A stretch of 64,000 nt of DNA from Octopus vulgaris. Taxonomy: Eukaryota. The stretch's first letter is position 1, and every line of letters begins with the position of its first letter. The translations under genes were made by a program, and so were the position numbers. This document shows positions 24,551-37,294 of this stretch, in pieces. The notes under the pieces are model-generated. The model was not told the origin of the DNA. It worked only from the letters and a program-made list of their open reading frames with translations, and searched no databases. The stretch lies in contig OX597817.1 in the NCBI GenBank assembly GCA_951406725.2, positions 16,988,001-17,052,000 on the forward strand, written 5' to 3'.

Positions 24551-26872
24551 AATAATGTACACTTTCCCTGTAAATTTCTGATTTTGTGCTTATGTTAGAA
24601 AACTCACATTTTGTGGATCCTTTCCTTGTTTTTATCTTATTCCTTACTGTTTATTATTGCATGTTTATTTATGTGTCTTTGGTGTTATTGTTAATCTCAG
24701 CCGTTTAATCTATAAATCCTCTGTTCTTGTTTTCCTGTGTATTTCACCTTCTGTACTATCCCTAACGTCTTGGGCCCTTGTGGCCAAAAATTGTTATTAT
24801 AATTATTATTAAGGCAGTGAAGTAGCAGACTCATCAGTACATTGGACAAAATGCTTAGCAACAGTTCACCTGTCTTTACATTCTGAGTTCAAACCCTGCC
24901 AAGGTTGACTTTGCCTTTCATTCTTTCAGGACCAATGGCATAGTATTTGTTGAGCACTGGGGTTCATGTAGATGCCTATCCCACAACTTTGAATATCAGG
25001 CCTTGTGTCTATAGTAGAAAGTACTGTTATTATAATCATTATTTAAGGTGGTGAACTGGCAGAATTGTTAGTACCCTGGGCCAAATTCTTAGCAGCATTT
25101 TGTCCTTACATTCTAAGTTCAAATTCTGCCATGGCCAACTTTGCCTTTCAGGATTAAGTACCAGTCAAGTACTGGGGTTGATGTAATCGACTTATCCCCT
25201 CCTCCAAAATTTCATTCCTTGTACCTATAGTAGAAAAGATTATTATTATTAAAGCAGTGAGCTTTAATTTAATAATAATAATAATAAACAAAATGTTTAA
25301 CAATATTTCTTCCAGCTCTGTTCTAAATTCAAATTCTACTGAGGTCAACTTTACCTTTTATCCTTTTGGCGTTGATCAAGTAGGCACCAGTCAAATACTG
25401 GGGTCTATGTGATCAACTATCTCCTCCTACCAAAAAATGTCAGGCTCTGTGCCAATAATAGAAAGAATTATTTGGAGAAGAAAAACTGATAATCAATATC
25501 CTCTCCAGAATATTAAGCATAGATATTCAAAGATGTGTTGGTAGCAGCAATGGTTGTGGTAGTGGTAGTGGAGATGCTATCAGTGGTGTTGCTGGCTTCA
25601 TAAAAACCCTTTTTTACCCATTCCTATATACAGACTATAAACTTTAAGCAATACCTGAAATTATCATGTGTGATCCTTCCGCTGATTATTGTAACATCTG
25701 CTGTTGGCGCTAACTACAGGAATGAGTCTAACAGCTTCCTTTGCATTCAGCCCAGCCTCTCTGTCTTAAATCTCCATTAGTGTCATTTAGCACAGTTTTT
25801 GTGCTACATTGATCTATGCTTACACTTGTTTCCGTCTGTAAAAAAAACACTCTGAATTTTGCTATCCAATTAATGCAAACTGTTTATTTTTTCCACCATG
25901 CCTGCTACTACTAGCTGTGGATATTTTGTGTAAAAGAAAATATTATTATATAAATATGTATATATATGTTTAATATCTTGGTTTTAACTAGAGGAAACTG
26001 ATAGAATTGTAAATGTCTTTATCATCTTTAGTTCTGAAAAAAAAAAAATTATTTTCTCTTCTTTGCTGAAGAGAATATCATTTGTGTTTCTCCTTAGCTT
26101 CAGCTGTCTTAACCTTTGACCCCAGTTAGTGAAATTATCTTGAACATCTGTGTATTCTCCCTTGTTAACATTATTGATTCTTTACATAGTCTAGAAGAGA
26201 AATGGAACTCTTGTGGGCCTCACAGGCATGAGGGACTTAAGTGAAATGAAATAACTACAGCTGGGAATTGAAACCAAGTCAGTGAATCAGCTTTCATGAA
26301 GTGTGCTTTTCTTCTTTTGATGCAAAAAATATATAAAAGATATTTTCATGTCATTAGTTTCTGAGTGATAGAAGTGAAATGGCTGCGTGGTTAATTGGTT
26401 TCATTTGCAGCCACATGGTCCCTAGTTCATCCCCAATATATAGCACTCTGGGGAATGTCATCTACTATAATCATGGGTTGACAATACTTTGAGAGTATTA
26501 TTTGACAAAAGAACATATATAAAAAAAAATAACTGCCATCTCGATATTGAGTAATTATTCTAGAGTAATTATTTGAGAAGTACACAGCTTTCTATATTCT
26601 TTACTTGATCTAGCTGTTGGGAATTTCTGTCAGATCCTTTGGAAGTAGTATGTACAAGACTACTGCTGCCCTATTGAGAGATCAAAAGACAGGTTTACAT
26701 CCCGTTCACTTAGCATCAGAAAATCAGATGTAATATGTAAGCTTTTAGAATCATTTGATGATTGGATGGAAGAAAAGAAAATCAAGAAATTAGGAGTAAC
26801 TGCAATTACAAGTGATGTGGAGGTGTTGGATATGTTATCATTTTTATCCCCTCATCAATTTTTATATGTTTA

Positions 26873-27268
26873 CTAGCAGTATCGCCCAGCGTTGCTCGGG
26901 TTTGTAAGGGAAATAACTATATAAGCATTTTTAGAGATGTAAAGTATAATAGCCTTTTCAATATGGCTAACCACAAAGGCGGGGGGTTACTGTAGCTTTT
27001 TACGTTCTGAGATTTAATAATACATTTTTAGAGAGTTACTTCCCTTATATAATAGCAAAAAAATGCATTAAAAATGGGAAATAATGATGGTAAATTTTAT
27101 TTTAAATCGTAGACTCATCGTAGATGCGCGCTAATACCCAGAAGGGCTCGATATGAATCACGACTATAAGATACCCGGTTTTGGTTAAACTGCACCGCAA
27201 AATGTGGGAGTAGTTAGGAATCTAAATCGTAGGGGACAGACACACAACTTCACTTTTATATATAAAGA
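26873..27268 (-). mobile_element. non-autonomous Helitron
   Basis: 5' TC(TTTATATATAAAAG), subterminal hairpin CCCGAGCAACGCTGGG, CTAG 3' end, inserted between A and T with no TSD. Confidence 0.85.
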
Positions 27269-27269
27269 T

Positions 27270-27758
27270 AACCCATAACCCATGGCCCCTACCTGGAATG
27301 TAGTCAGTCCACCTATGCATATCTTCCTTCTTGGGACACATAACTCTACTTGTGAAGACCTGTTGAGGCAAGCGAAAATGGTCAAAATCAAAAGCAAACT
27401 CGATGAACATTAATGGAATTTGTAGTTTTGTGGTACCAGTGCCGGTGGCACATACGAAAACCATCCAAACGTGGCCGTAGCCAGTACCGCATTGACTGGC
27501 CTCCGTGCCAGTGGCACGTAAAAAAAACACCATCCGAGCGTGGCCGTTCGCCAGCCTCGTCTGGCACCTGTGTCAGTGGCACATAAAATCACCCACTACA
27601 CTCTCGGAGTGGTTGGCGTTAGGAAGGGCATCCAGCCGTAGAAACATTGCCAGATCAGACTGGGCCTGGTGCAGTCTTCTGGCTTCCCAGACCCCAGTTG
27701 AACCGTCCAACCCATGCTAGCATGGAAAGCGGATGTTAAACGATGATGATGATGATGA
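27270..27758 (+). mobile_element. RTE LINE 3' UTR with (GAT)n tail
   Basis: GTGCCGGTGGCAC repeats, GGTTGGCGTTAGGAAGGGCATCC, CCATGCTAGCATGG, (GAT)n. Confidence 0.85.
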
Positions 27759-28017
27759 TATCATTACTGGTATTGGAGTGGTTAAGATTAGAGAGACTGA
27801 TTAAAAACTAAAGAGGAGCTGGATGACTCATAATCTCTATGGATATTGTCTCATGTTAGTATAAATGTTTTAGTGTTTTTATTGCTTAAACACTTCCCAA
27901 AATGGACATTAGAATACAATAAATGAACCATTGACCCATATTTAGTAGAGTCCTGGCCTCGTGATTAAGAGCTTCAAAAGTTTGTTTCCCAACCAACTTC
28001 CTACTACCAGCTGTATT

Positions 28018-28221
28018 TACTCTTTTACTTGTTTCAGTCAGTTGACTGCGGCCATGCTGGAGCACCGCCTTTAGTCGAGCAACTCGACCCCGGGACTTAT
28101 TCTTTGTAAGCCCAGTACTTATTCTATCGGTCTCTTTTTGCCGAACCGCTAAGTGACGGGGACATAAACACACCAGCATCGGTTGTCAAGCAATGCTAGG
28201 GGGACAAACACAGACTCACAA

Positions 28222-28258
<37 letters not shown>

Positions 28259-28430
28259 CATATATACGATGGGCTTCTTTTCAGTTTCCGTCTACCAAAT
28301 CCACTCACAAGGCTTTGGTTGGCCCGAGGCTATAGTAGAAGACACTTGCCCAAAGTGCCACGCAATGGGACTGAACCCGGAACCATGTGGTTGGTAAACA
28401 AGCTACTTACCACACAGCCACTCCTGTGCC
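28018..28430 (-). mobile_element. SINE family A
   Basis: full-length reverse copy. Confidence 0.9.
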
Positions 28431-28856
28431 TGTTAAAGAATTAAAAAAATTTTTATTGGTTTAATCCAGATAGCTGAAAACTCCATTGTATACAGGGAAG
28501 GGTGAAGAGTTTGGAGGCATATGACTGACAAATATTCTAATAGCTTACAGTGATAAGCAGAAATGCTCTGATAAGCCTAAAAGAGGCAGCAGGAAGTTAG
28601 TGTTGTGTATCTTCCTTTGAATCACATGAAAACAGTCATTCAAGCTGTGTCCCACTGACTCGAAGGCTATTAATAAATGTAATGATTTCTAATATTGGCA
28701 CTTGAAGGCATGAGGTTAAGTCATTCAGCTCATAATCACAATGCCATGGGTTCAATTCTTGGACTTCATTTCATGTAACTTCAATCTATTCGGATTATAT
28801 CTACCCCTACAGTTATACTTACTCCCAACTATCATCTTAAATTTTTGCAAATACAA

Positions 28857-29393
28857 GTTCGTGGCCATTGCCAGTCTCGCCTGGCCCCCGTGCCGGTGGC
28901 ACATAAAAAGCACCATCCGATCGTGGATGTTGCCAGTCTCGCCTGGCCCCCATGCCGGTGGCACGTAAAAAGCACCATCTGTTCGTGGCCGTTGCCAGCC
29001 TCGCCTGGCCCCCATGCCGGTGGCACGTAAAAAGCACCATCTGTTCGTGGCCGTTGCCAGCCTCGCCTGGCCCCCATGCCGGTGGCACGTAAAAAGCACC
29101 ATCCGATCGTGGCTGTTGCCAGCCTCGCCTGGCCCCCGTGCCGGTGGCACGTAAAAGGCACCATCCGTCCGTGGCTGTTTGCCAGCTCCGTCTGGCACCT
29201 GTGCGGGTGGCACGCAAAAAGCACCCACTACACTCACGGAGTGGTTGGCGTTAGGAAGGGCATCCAGCTGTAGAAACACTGCCAGATCAGACTGGGCCTG
29301 ATGCAGCCTCCTGGCTTCACAGACCCCAGTTGAACCGTCCAACCCATGCTAGCATGGAAAGTGGACGCTAAATGATGATGATGATGATGATGA
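28857..29393 (+). mobile_element. RTE 3' UTR with six 62-bp tandem units
   Basis: units start at 28861, 28923, 28985, 29047, 29109, 29171; followed by common tail and (GAT)n. Confidence 0.9.
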
Positions 29394-30104
29394 CAAGTTA
29401 TCGATGACCCTTGGTGCTATGACACACTGATTGATGATGATGAATAAAGGCTCAAAGCAACAAATTTATTAGAGTATGGTTGATTGAATTTTATCCTAGA
29501 ACATGATTGGTATTTATTTTATCAAGTCTGCTTGGCTGAAAAGCAAGTTTAGCCATAGTTGATTGGATTTGAATCCAGAACATCAAGAAACATTAGAAAA
29601 TATTTATTTCACTCTTTATTATTGTTACTTTTTTTTATTATTTACTTTTTTAATGTTTCTATTAATTACAAAAAGGAAAAAAAATAACATAGCCATGTGG
29701 TTAAATATTTTTGCTTTGCTATCACATTCTGGAATCACTGCCATTGTGCAGAACTTTGGGCATATGTATGCTATCATTATCTCTGGTTGGTTAAAACCTC
29801 ATGAATGAAATTTAGTAGGTGGAAATCCATCAGGTGTGTATGTGTGTCTGTGTGTGTGTAAATTATATCCTTGGTCTGGCTGGAACCTTTTCACCAGCTT
29901 CAAATTTAGTCTGTTGTCTTGCAGGAACTTCCTGTCCTCTAAATTATGTTTTTTACCTTCTTCATCATCATCATCATCATTTAGCGTCCGTTTTCCATGC
30001 TAGCATGGGTTGGACGGTTCAACTGGGGTCTGGGAAGCCAGAAGGCTGCATCAGGCCCAGTCTGATCTGGCAGTGTTTCTACGGCTGGATGCCCTTCTTC
30101 TCAT

Positions 30105-30960
30105 TGTCAAATACTTCAACTAGTACTTGTCAAAATTTGTGCCTGTTCACTGAAGCTTTAAGCTTCCATAACTTTCTCTTATAGACTGTTTGCATCTCTG
30201 AATTCTTCTTGCACTGAGTCTGAAGTTACTCGCTAATCTTTCGGGTTGTACATTCTTCACCTGACAAGGATTTTGCATTCACAAGCATTTGTCTATTCCT
30301 AGGTAATCAGGTGACTGATTGGTTTTTTTATTGCAGATCATCAAGTCATTTGCATCACAGAGCCATATTCCCTTCTCATTGCAAGTGTCAAAACCATAGC
30401 CTCCATGTACACTCTGCAATCCATCAAATTGCTGCCCAATATGCCCATCGAAGTCACCAGCTCTGATGATAAAATATCTCTCTGCAAAAGGCTTCATAAA
30501 ATTGGTCCTTTTCTTTATCTGCCAGTCCCAATTAAGGAATATAATGCAGAGATAAATGTTACTGTCATATTTTCCAAGACTAGCCAAAGCTTAATCCTAT
30601 CACACTCTTACTACCTCAGTCACCTTATCTATCCATTTCTCTGCTAAAAGTATGCCTACACCTCCCACATCATGACTATTCACTACCTAGAAAAATTTAT
30701 ATATTTGTTCCTTGCCCATGAGAAGTCTGGCTGAGAGTCATACCTCTTCCATGCAGTACACATCTCTATGCCTCCATTCTATTATTTCAACAATCTCACC
30801 AGACCTACCTTTCATTGTGCCTATATTGAATGGGATTGTTCTAAGGTTTTGTCCAAATAATTACAAGTATTACTGCTCAATGTATTGCCATATCCACCTC
30901 ATTCCACAAATTCTCAATGCTGAAAAAAAAAAGACAACTATTCTTAGGCCTAGTAACTCC
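30105..30960 (-). pseudogene. RTE LINE AP-endonuclease fragment
   Basis: GTMKGRSGEIVE, GGVGILLAEKWIDKV, GDFDGHIG..VHGGYGF..CDANDLMICN with stops and frameshifts. Confidence 0.85.
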
Positions 30961-31134
30961 TCCTGGAATGCAGAAAGGTACATTACCATTCATGTCAAGG
31001 ATAATTGGCATTGATGTTTGTCTGCCAACACTGCAAATACATTCTACACACAAGCACACACATGTATATGTATACATATATGCATAGACACATGCATGCA
31101 TGCATGCATACACACACATACATGCACACTATTC

Positions 31135-32260
31135 ATACTCACGCATGCATACTTTCTCACACTACATGCATACTCACTCACACCCACAGAGGCATACACA
31201 CACTACATATATACTCATGCATACTCACTCACACACACGCACACACTACATGCATACTCACTCACACACACACACACTACATGCATACTCACTCACACAC
31301 ACACACTACATGCATACTCACTCACACACACACACACTACATGCATACTCACACACACACACACACTACATGCATACTCACACACACACACACACACTAC
31401 ATGCATACTCACACACATACTACATGCATACTCACTCAGACACACGCACACACTACATGCGTACTCACTCACACACACACATACTACATGCATACTCACT
31501 CACATACACACACATACTACATGCATTCTCACTCACACACACACACACACTACATGCATACTCACACACACACACACACTACATGCATACTCACTCACAC
31601 ACACACACACACACTACATGCATACTCACACACACACACACACTACATGCATACTCACTCACACACACACACACACTACATGCATACTCACACACACACA
31701 CACTACATGCATACTCACACACACACACACACTACATGCATACTCACACACACACACACACACTACATGCATACTCACTCACACACACACACTACATGCA
31801 TACTCACACACACACACACTACATGCATACTCACTCACACACACACACATTACATGCATACTCACACACATACTACATGCATATACACACACTACATGCG
31901 TACTCACTCACACACACACATACTACATGCATACTCACTCACATACACACACATACTACATGCATACTCACTCAGACACACGCACACACTGCATGCGTAC
32001 TCACTCACACACACACATACTACATGCCTACTCACACAAACACACACACACTACATGCATACTCACTCTCTCACACACTACATGCATACTCTCTCACACA
32101 CACACTACATGCATACTCACACACACACACACACACACACGCTACATGCATACTCACACACACACTCACACACGCTACATGCATACTCACTCTCACACAC
32201 ACACACACACATGCTACATGCTCACTCACTCACTACATGCTTACTCACACACACACATGT
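31135..32260. repeat. minisatellite CTACATGCATACT(CACT)(CA)n
   Basis: roughly 40 units of about 20-35 bp; accounts for the three His/Thr-rich ORFs. Confidence 0.95.
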
Positions 32261-32276
32261 GCATATAGAAATGTGT

Positions 32277-32314
<38 letters not shown>

Positions 32315-32713
32315 AGGGTGGGGTCTGTACACCATAGAAGAAAAGAAAGGTTGGTGGAATGCCACTGATCAATGGTAGGAGTAGGTGGAACAGTAAAGAC
32401 AAAGAAACATACAGGCACCCGTATCATCCTATCTGCAATCAAATTATTATTAATAGTGATTAGAAAATACACTCAACCTGGATATTCTTATATTTAAAAC
32501 ATCACAGCAATTTAATTATGTAATAGATCATGAACACTTTTCTAATGAATGATGTCTGAAAAGCCAATATTACAACAGGGTCAGTATAATCAACTAAAAG
32601 CCTTGAAGTTGATACCCTAGCATGACTGTAGAAATATATAGAGTAAATTTCTGTACACTGATGACAATGCTACAAGGCCACAGATTGTGAGTAGTCACAA
32701 TCTGTGACTAATA

Positions 32714-33130
32714 GGCGCAGGAGTGGCTGTGTGGTAAGTAGCTTGCTAACCAACCACATGGTTCCGGGTTCAGTCCCACTGCGTGGCATCTTGGGCAAGT
32801 GTTTTCTGCTATAGCCTCGGGCCTACCAATGCCTTGTGAGTGGATTTGGTAGACGGAAACTGAAAAAAGCCTGTCGTATATATGTATATATGTATGTATG
32901 TATGTGTGTATGTGTTTGTGTGTGTGTGTTTGTCCCCCTAGCATTGCTTGACAACCGATGCTGGTGTGTTTATGTCCCCGTCACTTTGCAGTTCGGCAAA
33001 AGAGACCGATAGAATAAGTACTGGGCTTACAAAGAATAAGTCCCGGGGTCGATTTGCTCGACTAAAGGCGGTGCTCCAGCATGGCCGCAGTCAAATGACT
33101 GAAACAAGTAAAAGAGTAAAAGAGAGAGAG
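32714..33130 (+). mobile_element. SINE family A
   Basis: full-length copy. Confidence 0.9.
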
Positions 33131-33711
33131 TCAGTTGATTTGATCCTACTTCAGACCTAATATTTTTTTCATCAGCCCTTGGATGTAAGGCAAAGTTAGC
33201 TTAGAAATTTGGATTTGGAACAAAGATGAAGCTAAATATTTTTAGCTATTTTTGTAAATGCACTGATAATAAATAGCTCTGTCAGCAACACTATCACCAA
33301 CATCAACTTCAGTGTTTCCTTCTCTTTCCCAAAACTCTAATCCTGCTGAAATTCCATCTCTGTTCATGTTTTTCCAACAGCTGTCAGCTTACAGCTATCC
33401 AAGAACAACTACATTAGCTTAACAGGATTACCTGAACCAGTGAAATAAATGGGTACAGTCTTTTCTTCTTGAATAAACCATTAAAAAGCATTGTTGTTGT
33501 TATTGAAGATGTTGGATGTTGAAGAAATCCAAGCATCTCTGCTCAGGAATTTAATGGTCTTTCACTGAACAGTCGGAAATTTAGAAAAGTACCCGTTGAA
33601 GCTTTTAGTGACAACAAGAAGGTAAAGACGTATAATTTAGAGGAGGACAAGAAGTTTCTGCAGGACAGCTTATTGAGGGCAAGGACTAAATTTGAGACTT
33701 AAATTGTTATC

Positions 33712-33945
33712 AAGGTGGCCGATGCCAGCGCCGCCTCGACTGGCTTCCGTGCCGGTGGCACGTAAAAAGGACACACTACATTCACGGAGTGGTTGGCATT
33801 AGGAAGGGCATCCAGCTGTAGAAACATTGCCAGATAAGACTGGAGCCTGGTGCAGCTTTCTGGCTTCCCAGATCCCCGGTCGAACCGTCCAACCCATGCT
33901 AGCATGGAGAACGGACGTTAAACGATGATGATGATGATGATGATG
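33712..33945 (+). mobile_element. RTE 3' UTR fragment
   Basis: common tail and (GAT)n. Confidence 0.85.
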
Positions 33946-34292
33946 TTACTAATAGCCAAAATGCATAGCACTTAATGATTTAGTCCAATTGTTTCCATAT
34001 TTTACTTATTTTCTATGGTTCTTCTTCTCATCAGTCATGCTGTATTTCACTCTTCAGGCTCTGTGCCAACCACTTTTCCTAAATCCTTTCTCAAAAGAAT
34101 GTGAACCCTCTGGAATTCTTTTTCTTCCAATTCTCCTCCAGACATCCACTTAAATATCAAGTGCATCAATTTCACAAGTTTTGAAAGGTCTGCAAAGGTC
34201 ATTGGTACTGCCCATTCTTCTTGACTAAACCAAAATGATATATTTCATGGCTGAAACCAGCAGCACCACTATAGAGAAAAAAAAAAACTTTA

Positions 34293-34427
34293 GGCGCAGG
34301 AGTGGCTGTGTGGTAAGTAGCTTGCTTACCAACCACATCGTTCCGGATACAGACCCACTGTGTGGCACCTTGGGTAAGTGTCCTCTACTATAGCCTCGGG
34401 CCGACCAAAGCCATGTGAGTGGATTTG

Positions 34428-34471
<44 letters not shown>

Positions 34472-35057
34472 GTGTGTGTCTGTGTTTGTCCCCCCAACAT
34501 CGCTTGACAACCGATGTTGGTGTGTTTACGTCCCCATAACTTAGCAGTTTGGTATAAGCGACCGATAGAATAATACTAGGCTTGCAAAAGTAATTCCTTG
34601 GGTTGATTTGCTCGACTTAAAGGTGGTGCTCCAGCATGGCCACTGTCAAATGACTGAAACGAGTAAAAGAATAGCTGCAGGCATGGGTGTGTGATAAGAA
34701 GCTTGCTTCCCAAACACATGGTTCTGGGTTTGGTCTCACTGTGTGGCACCTTGGGCAAGTGTCTTCTACTATAGCCTCAGGCCAACCAAAGCCTTGTGAA
34801 TGGATTTGGTAGATGGAAACTGAAAGAAGCCCGTTGTGTGTGTTTTTCCGTCTGTATTAGTCCTCCACCACCTCTTGACAACTGGTGTTGGTATGTTTAC
34901 ATCATTGTGACTTAGCAGTTTGGCAAAAGAGACCAATAAAATAAGTACCAGGCTTTAAAAAATAAGTACTGTGGTCAATTCATTTGACTAAAATAAATTC
35001 TTCAAGGCAGTGCTCCAGCAAGGCCACAGTCTAATGACTGAAACAAGTAAAAGATAA
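34293..35057 (+). mobile_element. two tandem SINE family A copies (34293-34670, 34678-35057)
   Basis: two consecutive head-to-tail matches. Confidence 0.85.
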
Positions 35058-35962
35058 AACAATTTGTTGCCCATTAGAGCCAACAAGAGATCTACTCTGT
35101 AGTTGCTTGGCCTGCTGGAAGTAACAACAAAATTTGTCAAATCACAACCTACTGTCTTACAAAAAAGAGGGTCACATTTGATAATTGTCAAGATCAAGTT
35201 TCTAAAAGCTTTTCTTTCATATACCTTTTCTCTTTTACTTTTTTTTACTTGTTTCAGTTATTGGACTGTAGCTATCTGGGGCACCACATTTAAGGATTTA
35301 GTTGAACAAATTGACCCCAGTAATTATAAGCCTGGTACTTATTCCATTGGTCATTTCCTTTTTTTTTTTTTTTTTGCCAAACCAGTAAATGATGGGTACT
35401 AACTACACACACTAATTGTCACTAATTGCCAAGCTGTGGGGAGAACAGACACACATATACAACACCCACATACCAAATGCATTGATCAACATTGAGCAAT
35501 AGCAGAAGACATTTGATTAGGGTGCTATGCAGTGAGACTGAACCCATAGCCATATTGGTTGCAAAATGAGCTTGTTAACTACATGACTTTTTGAAAGTAA
35601 ATTTACTCCCACTCTGTATTCAGTAATTTGAGTTGTCTTCAGATCAGTTAACAATAATAGTAGCACTTAACAATTACTAAACTATTTTTAATTGCTATGT
35701 TGGCTAATGGAGTAGTCTAATTTAGAAATATACATTACAGATTATTTAAATAAAAAATGATAGAATAAATTTCTTATTACACATACACACGCAAAAAGCT
35801 TCCTTCAAATTGTCTTTTCAACTTGAGATTTTAAAAAAAATTATTGAAATAAAAAAAAAATGTACAAATCCAGAAGTAGTGAATTTACTCCCTAGGTAAA
35901 CAAAATTTAATGCCTGTGGGTAAATTTACCCTAGTTTAGGAACCCCTGTCTTTGATAGATAC

Positions 35963-36194
35963 CTATTTCTTTACTACCCACAAGGGGCTAAACACAGAGG
36001 AGACAAACAAGGACAGACAGATGGATTAAGTCGATTATATCAACCCCAGTGCGTAACTGGTACTTAATTTATCGACCCCGAAAGGATGAAAGGCAAAGTC
36101 GACCTCGGTGGAATTTGAACTCAGAACGTAATGGCAGACGAAATACCGCAAAGCACTTCGTCCGGCATGCTAACGTTTCTGCCAGCTCGTCGCC
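35963..36194 (-). mobile_element. SINE family B
   Basis: TSD TTTGATAGATACC on both sides. Confidence 0.9.
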
Positions 36195-36478
36195 TTTGAT
36201 AGATACCCTATATCTGATTAGAAAACAGGATGACCACAGCTGAAACTCCTTTGATCACAGACCTGTTTAATCTGGGCTAATTTGGGGCCTAAGCAACAGC
36301 AGTAGCCTGTTATTCCTTTACCAGAAGTTGGTAACCTCCTTTCACAAAGTGTTGTTCTGTAGTGAAATATGTGTCAACACTCCTGAAATGAAGTCTCTTC
36401 CTGTATCTTTATATTCTTACTGATATTATCCTCAGCACTAATCATTTGAAGTGGTTGCTCATTAATTATAACTATGGA

Positions 36479-36519
<41 letters not shown>

Positions 36520-37141
36520 ACACACACACAGAGACAGGCAGACTGAGCTACCTATCTTAGTGTTTTATTTTATTTAAGCAAGGACAAACAAGTGCTCTGT
36601 AAATATGAGGTTATATCCTGTTAAAATAAAATGCTTGACATCATAGAAAAAGTGACTGAAGTGCAAGAGATATTTGTAATGTAAAGAAAGATTCCCACTT
36701 GAATTTGGATATGAAAGAGCCTACTTACCTCTCCTTTGGCTTTTTAACAATTGAAAGAAGCCTACTTTTATTTGCAGGTTTTTGCCAATTTTTCTCTACT
36801 TTTCCTTATTTTATATTTATATTGTATCTTGTACTTTGCATTTTGTCTACAAATTCATGATTTTGTTTTTTTTGTCTATTGTTAAAAAGTAGCAGTTGCA
36901 AAATGGCTTTTCTAAATTACAATGAATTTAAAATTTATGATAGTAAGACAGCTTTTGTAATATTAATTGATCAAAGAAAATATTGCAAAAAAATATATTA
37001 TTTGTCTCTCGATGGAATATTTCTAGAAAACAGAAATTCTATAGTTATTCATTTAGAGTTTGGGTTGTATTGAGTTATTAAGATCAGTTTTGTAATTGTT
37101 TCCATAATGTACGTTGCAAGTGAAAGGAATAAGTTATTATA

Positions 37142-37294
37142 GATTCTATTGCTTATAGAATGCAACTTCATTATCATCATTATCATCATCGTTTAACGTC
37201 CGTTCTCCATGCGAACCGTCCAACCCATGCTAGCATGGAGAACGGACGGTAAACGATGATGATGATGATGTTGCATTCTATAAGCAATAGAATC
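37142..37294. repeat. inverted pair of RTE tails with inverted 25-bp flank duplication
   Basis: GATTCTATTGCTTATAGAATGCAAC (37142-37166) is the reverse complement of 37270-37294. Confidence 0.9.

Larger units (their letters stand above)
24070..24561. mobile_element. head-to-head pair of tRNA-headed, hammerhead-containing elements (family H1)
   Basis: inverted arms around palindrome 24345-24376; each arm has A box, B box GAGTTCGATTCC, (AAT)n, then CTGATGA..GAAA. Confidence 0.85.
23030..25470 (+). repeat. cluster of old co-oriented family-B-related SINEs
   Basis: repeated TTCTGAGTTCAAA..GTCAACTTTGCCTTTCAT..AAGTACCAGTC..CTGGGG motifs ending in (ATT)n. Confidence 0.65.

Noticed and set aside
28857-29235. 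CRISPR-like array and 196-aa ORF
   Set aside because: Whole 62-bp units are near-identical with no unique spacers or cas genes, and the array lies inside a LINE 3' UTR.
31005-32378. Three 416-457 aa ORFs
   Set aside because: Open in all three frames only because the CA-rich minisatellite lacks stop codons.
33520-33702. Coding-looking open frame (RNPSISAQEFNG..KFET*)
   Set aside because: No recognisable domain, start codon or convincing splice acceptor.
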